From assembly GCF_009914755.1 (NCBI RefSeq), contig NC_060933.1: DNA of 64,000 nt, one strand, 5' to 3'. Source of the stretch: the human T2T-CHM13v2.0 reference genome, Homo sapiens. Position 1 is the stretch's first letter; each line of letters begins with the position of its first letter. The notes beneath the pieces are model-generated. The model saw nothing but the letters and a program-made list of their open reading frames with translations, did no database searches and was not told the origin of the DNA. Positions 1 through 13,749 of this stretch are shown piece after piece. The position numbers and the translations under genes are program-made.

Positions 1-102
1 ATGGAATGGAATGGAATGGAATGGAAGGGAATGCAATGGAATGGAGTGGAATGGAATCAACCTGAGTGCAATGGAATGGAGTGAAATGGAATGGAATGGA
101 AT

Positions 103-175
103 GGAGACAACCAGAATGGATTGGAATATAATGGAGTGTAAGGGAATTGAATAGAATCAATCTGAATGTAATGAA
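103..175 (+). repeat. Module H (GGAGACAACCAGAATGGATTGGAATATAATGGAGTGTAAGGGAATTGAATAGAATCAATCTGAAT), representative copy
   Basis: Copies with small variants near 103, 1953, 6097, 8194, 45209, 58749 and 63095. Each is followed by module A, or by an A-like variant at 45.3 kb. Confidence 0.8.
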
Positions 176-234
176 AAGGAATGGAACGGAATGCAATGGA
201 ATGGAATGGAATGGAATGGAATGCAATGGAATGG

Positions 235-395
235 AATCAACCCGAGTGCAATCGAATGGAATCGAATGGAATGGAATGCAATGGAATGGATTCAACTTGA
301 ATGGAATGGAAAGAATGGAATCAACACGAGTGGAATGGCATGGATTGGAATGGAATGGAATGGAATCACCCCGAGTACAGGGGAATGGAATGGAA
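235..395 (+). repeat. Module A (pHuR98-like ~160-bp unit), representative copy; about 35 copies in the window
   Basis: AATCAACCCGAGTGCAATCGAATGGAATCG...GGATTCAACTTGAATGGAATGGAAAGAATGGAATCAACACGAGTGGAATGGCATGGATT...GAGTACAGGGG. The core recurs near 288, 2143, 4663, 6282, 8379, 10577, 11890, 17377, 21191, 32981, 48208, 58934, 61987 and elsewhere. Similarity to pHuR98 is from memory and was not computed. Confidence 0.75.
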
Positions 396-480
396 TGGAA
401 TGCAATGGAATGGAATAATCCGTAATGGAATGGAAAGGAATGGAATGGAATGGAATGGAATGGAATGGAATGGAATCAAC

Positions 481-494
481 TCGATTGCAATCGA
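481..494. other. Perfect 14-bp palindrome TCGATTGCAATCGA, representative of ~30 copies
   Basis: The sequence is its own reverse complement. It is also seen near 2341, 4857, 8567, 10271, 12093, 17580, 20141, 33184, 48411, 61267 and 62185. Confidence 0.9.
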
Positions 495-676
495 ATGGAA
501 TGGAATGGAATTAACCCGAATAGAATGGAATGGAATGGAATGGAACGGAACGGAATGGAATGGAATGGAATAGAATGGAATGGAACAGAAAGGAAGGGAA
601 TGGAATGGAATAAAATGGAATGGAATGGAATCAACGCGAGTGCAGGGGAATGGAATGGAATGGAATGCAATGGAAT

Positions 677-691
677 GGAATCTTCCGGAAT
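677..691. promoter_or_regulatory. Canonical three-unit heat-shock element (nGAAn-nTTCn-nGAAn), representative of ~35-40 copies
   Basis: GGAAT-CTTCC-GGAAT matches the HSF consensus exactly. HSF1 binding to SatIII on heat shock is established, but occupancy of these particular sites is inference. Confidence 0.5.
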
Positions 692-1428
692 GGAATGGAA
701 TGGAATGGAATGGAATGGAATGGAATGGAATAAACCCGTGTGCAATGGAATGGAGTGGAATGGAATGGAATGGAATGGAACAACCCGAATGGAATGGAAT
801 GTAATGGAGAGTAAGGGAGTTGAAAGAATGAATCCGAATGTAATGGAATGGAATGGAACGGAATGGGATGGAATGGAATGGAATGGAATGGAATGGAATG
901 AAATGGAATGGAATCAACCCGAATACAATGGAATGGAATGGAATGGAATGGAATGGAATGGAATGGAATGGAATGGAATGGAATGCAATGGAATGGAATT
1001 TTCCGGAATGGAATGGAATGGAATGGAATGAAATGGATTCAACTCGATTGCAATGGAATGGAAAAGAATGGAATGGAATGGAATGGAATGGGATGGAATG
1101 AAACCGAATAGAATGAATGGAATGGAATGGAACGGAACAGAACGGAACGGAACGGAACGGAGTGGAATGGAATGGAATGGAATTGTATGGAATGGAACGG
1201 AATGGTACGGAATAGAATGGAATGGAAAGAATTGGAATGGAATGGAATCGAATGGAATGGAATGGAATGGAATGGAATCAACCCGAGTGCAGGGGAATGT
1301 AATGGAACGGAATGCAATGGAATGGAATCATCCGGAATGGAATGGAATGGAATGGAATGGAATGGAATGGAATGGAATCAACCCGAGCGCAATGGAATGG
1401 AGTGGAATGGAATGGAATGGAATGGAAT

Positions 1429-1497
1429 GGAACAACCCGAATGGAATGGAATGTAATGGAGAGTAAGGGAGTTGAATAGAATCAATCCGAATGTAAT
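1429..1497 (+). repeat. Module D (GGAACAACCCGAAT...GGAGAGTAAGGGAGTTGAATAGAATCAATCCGAATGTAAT), representative copy
   Basis: Recurs dozens of times across the window and carries a fixed 1-nt deletion that shifts the pentamer register. A paralogous module G reads GGAAACTACCCGAAT...GGAGTGTAAGGGAATTGAATAG. Confidence 0.85.
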
Positions 1498-4400
1498 GGA
1501 ATGGAATGGAATGGAATGGAATGGAATGGAATGGAATGGAATGGAATGGAATGCAATGGAATGGAATCAACCCGAGTACAATGGAACGGAATGGAATGGA
1601 ATGTAATGTAATGTAATGTAATGGAATGGAATGGAATGGAATCAACCTGAGTGCAATGGAATGGAGAGGAATGGAATGGAATGGAATGGAAACTACCCGA
1701 TTGGAATGGAATGGAATGGAGTGTAAGGGAATTGAATAGAATCAATCCGAATGGAATGGAATGCAATGGAACGAAATGTAATGTAATGGAATGGAATGGA
1801 ATCAACCCGAGTGCAGGGGAATGGAATGGAATGGAATGGAATGCAATGGAATGGAATCATCCGGAATGGAATGGAATGGAATGCAATGGAATGGAATGGA
1901 ATGGAATCAACCCGAGTGCAATGGAATGTAGTGAAATGGAATGGAATGGAATGGAGACAACCAGAATGGATTGGAATATAATGGAGTGTAAGGGAATTGA
2001 ATAGAATCACTCTGAATGTAAAGAAATGGAATGGAACGGAATGGAATGGAATGGAATGGAATGGAATGGAATGGAATGCAATGGAATGGAATCAACCCGA
2101 GTGCAATGGAATGGAATGGAATGGAATGGAATGCAATGGAATGGATTCAACTTGAATGGAATGGAAAGAATGGAATCAACACGAGTGGAATGGCATGGAT
2201 TGGAATGGAATGGAATGGAATCAACCCGAGTATAGGGGAATGGAATGGAATGGAATACAATGGAATGGAATCATCCGTAATGGAATTGAAACGAATGGAA
2301 TGGAATGGAATGGAATGGAATGGAATGGAATGGAATCAACTCGATTGCAATCGAATGGAATGGAATGGAATTAACCCAAATAGAATGGAAAGGAATGGAA
2401 TGGAACAGAACGGAATGGAATGGAATGGAATGGAATGGAATGGAATGGAATGGAATGGAATGGAAAGGAAAGGAAGGGAATGGAATGGAATAGAATGGAA
2501 TGGAATGGAATCAACCCGAGTATAGGGGAATGGAATGGAATGGAATGCAATGGAATGGAATCTTCCGGAATAGAATGGAATGGAATGGAATGGAATGGAA
2601 TGGAATGGAATCAACCCGAGTGCAATGGAATGGAGTGGAATGGAATGGAATGGAATGGAACAACCCGAATGGAATGGAATGTAATGGAGAGTAAGGGAGT
2701 TGAATAGAACCAATCCGAATGTAACGGAATGGAATGGAACGGAATGGAATTGAATGGAATGGAATGGAATGCAATGGAATGGAATCAACCCGAGTGCAAT
2801 GGAATGGAGAGGAATGGAATGGAATGGAATGGAATGGAATGGAATGGAATGGAATGGAATGGAATGGAATGCAATAGAATGGAATCAACCCAAGCGCAAT
2901 CGAATGGAATCGAATGGAATGGAATGCAATGGAATGGATTCAAATTGAATGGAATGGAAAGAATGGAATCAACACGAGTGGAATGGCATGGATTGGAATG
3001 GAATGGAATGGAATCAACCCGAGTACAGGGGAATGGAATGGAATGGAATGCAATGGAATGGAATCATCCGTAATGGAATGGAAAGGAATGGAATGGAATG
3101 GAATGGAATGGAATAGAATGGAATGGAATCAACTCGATTGCAATCGAATGGAATGGAATGGAATTAACCCGAAGAGAATGGAATGGAATGGAATGGAACG
3201 GAACGGAATGTAATGCAATGGAATGGAATGGAATGGAACGGAGCGGAATGGAATGGAATGGAATGGAATGGAATCAACGCGAGTGCAGGGGAATGGAATG
3301 GAATGGAATGCAATGGAATGGAATCTTCCGGAATGGAATGGAATGGAATGGAATGGAATGGAATGAAATGCAATGGATTCAACTCAATTGCAATGGAATG
3401 CAATAGAATGGAATGGAATGGAATGGAATGGAATGGAATTAATTCAAATAGAATGGAATGGAATGGAATGGAACGGAATGGAACGGAATGGAATGGAATG
3501 CAATGGAATGGAATGGTATGGAATGGAATTGAATGGTACGGAATAGAATGGAATGGAACGAATTGTAATGGAATGGAATGGAATGGAATGGAATGGAATG
3601 GAATCAACGCGAGTGCAGGGGAATGTAATGGAACGGAATGCAATGGAATGGAATCATCCAGAATGGAATGGAATGGAATGGAATGGAATGGAATCAACCC
3701 GAGTGCAATGGAATGGAGTGGAATGGAATGGAATGGAATGGAACAACCCGGATGGAATGGAATGGAATGGAGAGTAAGGGAGTTGAATAGAATCAATCCG
3801 AATGTAATGGAATGGAATGCAACGGAATGGAATGGAATGGAATGGAATGGAATGCAATGGAATTGAATCAAACCGAGTACAATGGAATGGAATGGAATGG
3901 AATGGAATGGAATGGAATGGAATGGAATGGAATGGAATGATACGGAATAGAAAGGAATGGAACGAAATGGAATGGAATGGAATGGAATGGAATGGAATGG
4001 TTCCGAGTGGAATAGGAGGGAATGTATTCGAGTGGAATGGAAAGGAATGGAATCAACCAGAGTGGAATGGAAGGGAATGGAATGGAATGGAAACTAATAG
4101 AATGGAATCAACCCGAGAGGAATGGAATGGAAAGGACTGGAATGGAATGGAATGGAATGGAATCAACTCGATTGTAATGGAATGGAATGGAATGGAATGG
4201 AATGGAATGGAATTAACCCGAATAAAATGCAATGGAATGGAATGTAACGGAATGGAGTGGAATGGAATGGAATCAACCCGAGTGCAGGGGAATGGAATGG
4301 AATGGAATGCAATGGAATGGAATCATCCGGAATGGAATGGAATGGAATGGAATGCAAAGCAATGGAATCAACTCGATTGCAATGGAATGGAATGGAATGG

Positions 4401-5040
4401 AAAGGAATACATTGGAATCAACCCGAGTGGAATGGAATGGAAAGGACTGGAATGGAGTGGAATGGAATGGAATGGAATGGAATGGTATCAACTCGATTGG
4501 AATGGAATGGAATGGAATGGAATGGAATGGAATTAACCCGAATAGAATGGAATGGAATGGAATGGAACGGAAAGGAATGGAATGGAATGGAATGGAATGG
4601 AATGGAATGGAATGGAAACAACCAGACTGCAGGGGAATGGAATGGAATGGAATGCAATGGAATGGATTCAACTTGAATGGAATGGAAAGAATGGAATCAA
4701 CACGAGTGGAATGGCATGGATTGGAATGGAATGGAATGGAATCAACCCGAGTACAGGGGAATGGAATGGAATGGAATGCAATGCAAGGGAATGGAATCAT
4801 CCGTAATGGAATGGAAAGGAATGGAATGGAATGGAATGGAATGGAATGGAATCAACTCGATTGCAATCGAATGGAATGGAATGGAATTAACCCGAATAGA
4901 ATGGAATGGAATGGAATGGAACGGAACGGAACGGAATGGAATGGATTGGAATGGAATGGAATGGAATGGAATGGAACGGAAAGGAATGGAATGGAATGGA
5001 ATGGAATGGAATGGAATGCAATGGAATGGAATCAACCCGA

Positions 5041-8000
5041 GTACAATGGAATGGAATGGAATGGAATGGAATGGAATGGAATGGAATGGAATGGAATGCA
5101 ATAGAATGGAATCTTCCGGAATGGAATGGAATGGAATGGAATGGAATGGAATGGAATGCAATGGATTCAACTCGATTGCAATGGAATGGAATAGAATGGA
5201 ATGGAATGCAATGGAATGGAATGGAATGGAATTAAACCGAATAGAATGGACTGGAATGGAATGGAACGGAACAGAACGGAACGGAACCGAACGGAGTGGA
5301 ATGGAATGGAATGGAATTGTATGGAATGGAATGGAATGGTACGGAATAGAATGGAATGTAAAGAATTGGAATGGAATGGAATGGAATGGAATGGAATGGA
5401 ATGGAATGGAATCAACCCGAGTGCAGGGGAATGTAATGGAACGGAATGCAATGGAATGGAATCATCCGGAATTGAATGGAATGGAATGGAATGGAATGGA
5501 ATGGAATGGAATGGAATCAACCCGAGCGCAATTGAATGGAGTGGAATGGAATGGAATGGAATGGAACAACCCGAATGGAATGGAATGTAATGGAGAGTAA
5601 GGGAGTTGAATAGAATCAATCCGAATGTAATGGAATGGAACGGAATGGAATGGAATGGAATGGAATGGAATGGAATGGAATGGAATGGAATGGAATGGAA
5701 TGGAATGCAATGGAATGGAATCAACCCGAGTACAATGGAACGGAATGGAATGGAATGTAATGGAATGGAATGGAATGGAATGGAATGGAATCAACCCGAA
5801 TGCAATGGAATGGAGAGGAATGGAATGGAATGGAATGGAAACTACCCGAATGGAATGGAATGGAATGGAGTGTAAGGGAATTGAATAGAATCAATCCGAA
5901 TGGAATGGAATGGAATGGAACGGAATGTAATGTAATGGAATGGAATGGAATCAACCCGAGTGAAGGGTAATGGAATGGAATGGAATGCAATGGAATGGAA
6001 TCATGCGGAATGGAATGGAATGGAATGCAATGGAATGGAATGGAATGAAATCAACCCGAGTGCAATGGAATGGAGTGAAATGGAATGGAATGGAATGGAG
6101 ACAACCAGAATGGATTGGAATATAATGGAGTGTAAGGGAATTGAATACAATCAATCTGAATGTAATGAAATGGCATGGAACGGAATGGAATGGAATGTAA
6201 TGGAATGGAATGGAATGCAATGGAATGGAATCAACCCGAGTGCAATCGAGTGGAATCGAATGGAATGGAATGCAATGGAATGGATTCAACTTGAATGGAA
6301 TGGAAAGAATGGAATCAACACGAGTGGAATGGCATGGATTGGAATGGAATGGAATGGAATCAACCCGAGTATAGGGGAATGGAATGGTATGGAATGCAAT
6401 GGAATGGAATCATCCGTAATGGAATGGAAAGGAATGGAATGGAATGGAATGGAATGGAATGGAATCAACTCGATTGCAATCGAATGGAATGGAATGGAAT
6501 TAACCCGAATAGAATGGAATGGAATGGAATGGAACGGAACGGAATGGAATGGAATGGAATGGAATGGAATGGAATCAACGTGAGTGCAGGGGAATGGAAT
6601 GGAATGGAATGCAATGGAATGGAATCTTCCGGAATGGAATGGAATGGAATGGAATGGAATGAAATGCAATGGATTCAACTCGATTGCAATGGAATGGAAT
6701 AGAATGGAATGGAATGGAATGGAATGGAATTAATTCGAATAGAATGGAATGGAATGGAATGGAACGGAATGGAATGGAATGGAATGGTATGGAATAGAAT
6801 GGAATGGTACGGAATAGAATGGAATGGAACGAATTGTAATGGAATGGAATTGAATGGAATGGAATTGAATGGAATGGAATCAACGCGAGTGCAGGGGAAT
6901 GTAATGGAACAGAATGCAATGGAATGGAATCATCCGGAATGGAATGGAATGGAATGGAATGGAATAAACCCGAGTGCAATGGAATGGAGTGGAATGGAAT
7001 GGAATGGAATGGAACAACCCGAATGGATTGGAATGTAATGGAGAGTAAGGGAGTTAAATAGAATCAATCCGAATGTAATGGAATGGAATGGAATGGAATG
7101 GAATGGAATGGAATGCAATGGAATTGAATCAACCTGAGTACAATGGAATGGAATGGAATGGAATGGAATGGAATGGAATGGAATGGAATGGAATGGAATG
7201 CAATAGAATGGAATCTTCCGGAATGGAATGGAATGGAATGGAATGGAATGGAATGGAATGCAATGGATTCAACTCGATTGCAATGGAATGGAATAGAATG
7301 GAATGGAATGCAATGGAATGGAATGGAATGGAATTAAACCGAATAGAATGGACTGGAATGGAATGGAACGGAACAGAACGGAACGGAACCGAACGGAGTG
7401 GAATGGAATGGAATGGAATTGTATGGAATGGAATGGAATGGTACGGAATAGAATGGAATGTAAAGAATTGGAATGGAATGGAATGGAATGGAATGGAATG
7501 GAATGGAATGGAATCAACCCGAGTGCAGGGGAATGTAATGGAACGGAATGCAATGGAATGGAATCATCCGGAATTGAATGGAATGGAATGGAATGGAATG
7601 GAATGGAATGGAATGGAATCAACCCGAGCGCAATTGAATGGAGTGGAATGGAATGGAATGGAATGGAACAACCCGAATGGAATGGAATGTAATGGAGAGT
7701 AAGGGAGTTGAATAGAATCAATCCGAATGTAATGGAATGGAACGGAATGGAATGGAATGGAATGGAATGGAATGGAATGGAATGGAATGGAATGGAATGG
7801 AATGCAATGGAATGGAATCAACCCGAGTACAATGGAACGGAATGGAATGGAATGTAATGGAATGGAATGGAATGGAATGGAATGGAATCAACCCGAATGC
7901 AATGGAATGGAGAGGAATGGAATGGAATGGAATGGAAACTACCCGAATGGAATGGAATGGAATGGAGTGTAAGGGAATTGAATAGAATCAATCCGAATGG

Positions 8001-9274
8001 AATGGAATGGAATGGAACGGAATGTAATGTAATGGAATGGAATGGAATCAACCCGAGTGAAGGGTAATGGAATGGAATGGAATGCAATGGAATGGAATCA
8101 TGCGGAATGGAATGGAATGGAATGCAATGGAATGGAATGGAATGAAATCAACCCGAGTGCAATGGAATGGAGTGAAATGGAATGGAATGGAATGGAGACA
8201 ACCAGAATGGATTGGAATATAATGGAGTGTAAGGGAATTGAATACAATCAATCTGAATGTAATGAAATGGCATGGAACGGAATGGAATGGAATGTAATGG
8301 AATGGAATGGAATGCAATGGAATGGAATCAACCCGAGTGCAATCGAGTGGAATCGAATGGAATGGAATGCAATGGAATGGATTCAACTTGAATGGAATGG
8401 AAAGAATGGAATCAACACGAGTGGAATGGCATGGATTGGAATGGAATGGAATGGAATCAACCCGAGTATAGGGGAATGGAATGGTATGGAATGCAATGGA
8501 ATGGAATCATCCGTAATGGAATGGAAAGGAATGGAATGGAATGGAATGGAATGGAATGGAATCAACTCGATTGCAATCGAATGGAATGGAATGGAATTAA
8601 CCCGAATAGAATGGAATGGAATGGAATGGAACGGAACGGAATGGAATGGAATGGAATGGAATGGAATGGAACGGAACGGAATGGAATGGAATGGAATGGA
8701 ATGGAATGGAATCAACGTGAGTGCAGGGGAATGGAATGGAATGGAATGCAATGGAATGGAATCTTCCGGAATGGAATGGAATGGAATGGAATGGAATGAA
8801 ATGCAATGGATTCAACTCGATTGCAATGGAATGGAATAGAATGGAATGGAATGGAATGGAATGGAATTAATTCGAATAGAATGGAATGGAATGGAATGGA
8901 ACGGAATGGAATGGAATGGAATGGTATGGAATAGAATGGAATGGTACGGAATAGAATGGAATGGAACGAATTGTAATGGAATGGAATTGAATGGAATGGA
9001 ATTGAATGGAATGGAATCAACGCGAGTGCAGGGGAATGTAATGGAACAGAATGCAATGGAATGGAATCATCCGGAATGGAATGGAATGGAATGGAATGGA
9101 ATAAACCCGAGTGCAATGGAATGGAGTGGAATGGAATGGAATGGAATGGAACAACCCGAATGGATTGGAATGTAATGGAGAGTAAGGGAGTTAAATAGAA
9201 TCAATCCGAATGTAATGGAATGGAATGGAATGGAATGGAATGGAATGGAATGCAATGGAATTGAATCAACCTGA
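5041..9274 (+). repeat. Near-identical tandem duplication, ~2.1-kb unit (5041-7137 / 7138-9274)
   Basis: Identical ORF translations at offsets 2102, 2097 and 2137 (5201/7303, 5951/8048, 6709/8846). Shared private variants include GTGAAGGGTAA, ATCATGCGG, AACGTGAGT and GAGTTAAATAG. Confidence 0.92.
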
Positions 9275-11664
9275 GTACAATGGAATGGAATGGAATGGAA
9301 TGGAATGGAATGGAATGGAATGATACGGAATAGAATGGAATGGAACGAAATGGAATGGAATGGAATGGAATGGAATGGAATGGAATGGAATCGTTCCAAG
9401 TGGAATAGGAGGGAATGTATTCGAGTGGAATGGAAAGGAATGGAAAAAACCTGAGTGGAATGGAAGGGAATGGAATGGAATGGAAACTAATAGAATGGAA
9501 TCAACCCGAGAGGAATGCAATGGAAAGGACTGGAATGGAATGGAATGGAATGGAATCAACTCGAGTGAAATGGAATGGAATGGAATGGAATGGAATGGAA
9601 TGGAATGGAATGGAGTTAACCCGAATACAATGCAATGGAATGGAATGGAACGGAATGGAGTGGAATCGAATGGAATCAACCCGAGTGCAGGGGAATGGAA
9701 TGGAATGGAATGCAATGGAATGGAATCATCCGGAATGGAATGGAATGGAATGGAATGCAAAGCAATGGAATCAACTCGATTGCAATGGAATGGAATGGAA
9801 TGGAAAGGAATACATTGGAATCAACCCGAGTGGAATGGAATGGAAAGGACTGGAATGGAGTGGAATGGAATGGAAATGGAATGGAATGGAATCAACTCGA
9901 TTGGAATGGAATGGAATGGAATGGAATGGAATGGAATGGAATGGAATGGAATCGAATTAACCCAAATAGAATGGAATGGAATGTAATGGAACGGAACGGA
10001 ATGGAATGGAATGGAATGGAATGGAATGGAATGGAAACAACCCGACTGCAGGGGAATGGAATGGAATGGAATGCAATGGAATGGATTCAACTTGAATGGA
10101 ATGGAAACAATGGAATCAACACGAGTGGAATGGCATGGATTGGAATGGAATGGAATGGAATCAACCCGAGTACAGGGGAATGGAATGGAATGGAATGCAA
10201 TGGAATGGAATCATCCGTAATGGAATGGAAAGGAATGGAATGGAATGGGATGGAATGGAATGGAATCAACTCGATTGCAATCGAATGGAATGGAATGGAA
10301 TTAACCCGAATAGAATGGAATGGAATGGAATGGAACGGAACGGAACGGAATGGAATGGAATGGAATGGAATGGAAAGGAAAGGAATGGAACGGAAAGGAA
10401 TGGAATGGAATGGAATGCAATGGAATGGAATGGAATGGAATCAACGCGAGTGCAGGGGAATGGAATGGAATGGAATGCAATGGAATGGAATCTTCCGGAA
10501 TGGAATGGAATGCAATGGAATGGAATCAACCCGAGTGCAATCGAATGGAATCGAATGGAATGGAATGCAATGGAATGGATTCAACTTGAATGGAATGGAA
10601 AGAATGGAATCAACACGAGTGGAATGGCATGGATTGGAATGGAATGGAATGGAATCAACCCGAGTACAGGGGAATGGAATGGAATGGAATGCAATGGAAT
10701 GGAATCATCCGTAATGGAATGGAAAGGAATGGAATGGAATGGAATGGAATGGAATGGAATGGAATGGAATCAACTCGATTGCAATCAAATGGAATGGAAT
10801 GGAATTAACCCGAATAGAATGGAATGGAATGGAATGGAACGGAACGGAATGGAATGGAATGGAATGGAATGGAATGGAATATAACGGAACGGAATGGAAT
10901 GGAATGGAATGGAATGGAATGGAATCAACGCGAGTGCAGGGGAATGGAATGGAATGGAATGCAATGGAATGGAATCTTCCGGAATGGAATGGAATGGAAT
11001 GGAATGGATTGAAATGCAATGGATTCAACTCGATTGCAATGGAATGGAATAGAATGGAATGGAATGGAATGGAATGGAATTAATCCCAATAGAATGGAAT
11101 GGAATGGAATGGAACGGAATGGAACGGAATGGAATGGAATGTAATGGAATGGAATTGTATGGAACGGAATGGAATGGTACGGAATAGAATGGAATGGAAG
11201 GAATTGTAATGGAATGGAATTGAATGGAATGGAATGGAATGGAATGGAATCAACGCGAGTGCAGGGGAATGTAATGGAACGGAATGCAATGGAATGGAAT
11301 CATCCGGAATGGAATGGAATGGAATGGAATGGAATGGAATCAACCCGAGTGCAATGGAATGGAGTGGAATGGAATGGAATGGAATGGAGCAACCCGAATG
11401 GAATGGAATGTAATGGAGAGTAAGGGAGTTGAATAGAATCAATCCGAATGTAATGGAATGGAATGCAACGGAATGGAATGGAATGGAATGGAATGGAATG
11501 GAATGGAATGGAATGCAATGGAATGGAATCAACCCGAGTACAATGGAATGGAATGGAATGGAATGGAATGAAATGGAATGGAATGGAATGGAAAGATACG
11601 GAATAGAATGGAATGGAACGAAATGAAATGGAATGGAATGGAATGAAATGGAATGGAATGGAAT

Positions 11665-11806
11665 CGTTCCGAGTGGAATAGGAGGGAATGTATTCGAGTG
11701 GAATGGAAAGGAATGGTATCAACCAGAGTGGAATGGAAGGGAATGGAATGGAATGGAAACTAATAGAATGGAATCAACCCGAGTGGAATGGAACGGAAAG
11801 GACTGG
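11665..11806 (+). repeat. Module E (CGTTCCGAGTGGAATAGGAGGGAATGTATTCGAGT...CAACCAGAGT...GGAAACTAATAGAAT...GGAAAGGACT), representative copy; about 25 copies
   Basis: Recurs near 4000, 9392, 11665, 12863, 15081, 18495, 20736, 23019, 27589, 28633, 30320, 31693, 34063, 35056, 40451, 43043, 47828, 50249, 50674, 54895, 55325 and 60404. Confidence 0.85.
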
Positions 11807-13749
11807 AATGGAATGGAATGGAATGCAATGGAATGGAATCAACCCGAGTGCAATCGAATGGAATCGAATGGAATGGAATGCAATGGAATGGATTCAACTT
11901 GAATGGAATGGAAAGAATGGAATCAACACGAGTGGAATGGCATGGATTGGAATGGAATGGAATGGAATCACCCCGAGTACAGGGGAATGGAATGGAATGG
12001 AATGCAATGGAATGGAATCATCCGTAATGGAATGGAAAGGAATGGAATGGAATGGAATGGAATGGAATGGAATGGAATGGAATGGAATCAACTCGATTGC
12101 AATCGAATGGAATGGAATGGAATTAACCCGAATAGAATGGAATGGAATGGAATGGAACGGAACGGAATGGAATGGAATGGAATGGAATGGAATGGAATGG
12201 AACGGAAAGGAAGGGAATGGAATTGAATATAATGGAATGGAATGGAATCAACGCGAGTGCAGGGGAATGGAATGGAAAGGAATGCAATGGAATGGAATCT
12301 TCCGGAATGGAATGGAATGGAATGGAATGGAATGGAATGGAATGGAATAAACCCGTGTGCAATGGAATGGAGTGGAATGGAATGGAATGGAATGGAACAA
12401 CCCGAATGGAATGGAATGTAATGGAGAGTAAGGGAGTTGAAAAGAATCAATCCGAATGTAATGGAATGGAATGGAACGGAATGGAATGGAATGGAATGGA
12501 ATGGAATGAAATGGAATGGAATCAACCCGAATACAATGGAATGGAATGGAATGGAATGGAATGGAATGGAATCAACTCGATTGCAATCGAATGGAATGGA
12601 ATGGAATTAACCCGAATAGAATGGAATGGAATGGAATGGAACGGAATGTAATGGAATGGAATGGAATGGAATGGAATGGAATGGAATGGAATGCAATGGA
12701 ATTGAATCAACCCGAGTACAATGGAATGGAATGGAATGGAATGGAATGGAATGGAATGGAATGATACGGAATAGAATGGAATGGAACGAAATGGAATGGA
12801 ATGGAATGGAATGGAATGGAATGGAATGGAATGGAATGGAATGGAATGGAATGGAATGGAATCGTTCCAAGTGGAATAGGAGGGAATGTATTCGAGTGGA
12901 ATGGAAAGGAATGGAAAAAACCTGAGTGGAATGGAAGGGAATGGAATGGAATGGAAACTAATAGAATGGAATCAACCCGAGAGGAATGCAATGGAAAGGA
13001 CTGGAATGGAATGGAATGGAATGGAATCAACTCGAGTGAAATGGAATGGAATGGAATGGAATGGAATGGAATGGAATGGAATGGAGTTAACCCGAATACA
13101 ATGCAATGGAATGGAATGGAACGGAATGGAGTGGAATCGAATGGAATCAACCCGAGTGCAGGGGAATGGAATGGAATGGAATGCAATGGAATGGAATCAT
13201 CCGGAATGGAATGGAATGGAATGGAATGCAAAGCAATGGAATCAACTCGATTGCAATGGAATGGAATGGAATGGAAAGGAATACATTGGAATCAACCCGA
13301 GTGGAATGGAATGGAAAGGACTGGAATGGAGTGGAATGGAATGGAAATGGAATGGAATGGAATCAACTCGATTGGAATGGAATGGAATGGAATGGAATGG
13401 AATGGAATGGAATCGAATTAACCCAAATAGAATGGAATGGAATGTAATGGAACGGAACGGAATGGAATGGAATGGAATGGAATGGAATGGAATGGAAACA
13501 ACCCGACTGCAGGGGAATGGAATGGAATGGAATGCAATGGAATGGATTCAACTTGAATGGAATGGAAACAATGGAATCAACACGAGTGGAATGGCATGGA
13601 TTGGAATGGAATGGAATGGAATCAACCCGAGTACAGGGGAATGGAATGGAATGGAATGCAATGGAATGGAATCATCCGTAATGGAATGGAAAGGAATGGA
13701 ATGGAATGGGATGGAATGGAATGGAATCAACTCGATTGCAATCGAATGG

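Noticed and set aside
4010-4025. G-quadruplex potential at GGAGGG, CAGGGG and AAGGG
   Set aside because: G3 or longer runs are isolated and not clustered in fours, so there is no canonical G4 motif.
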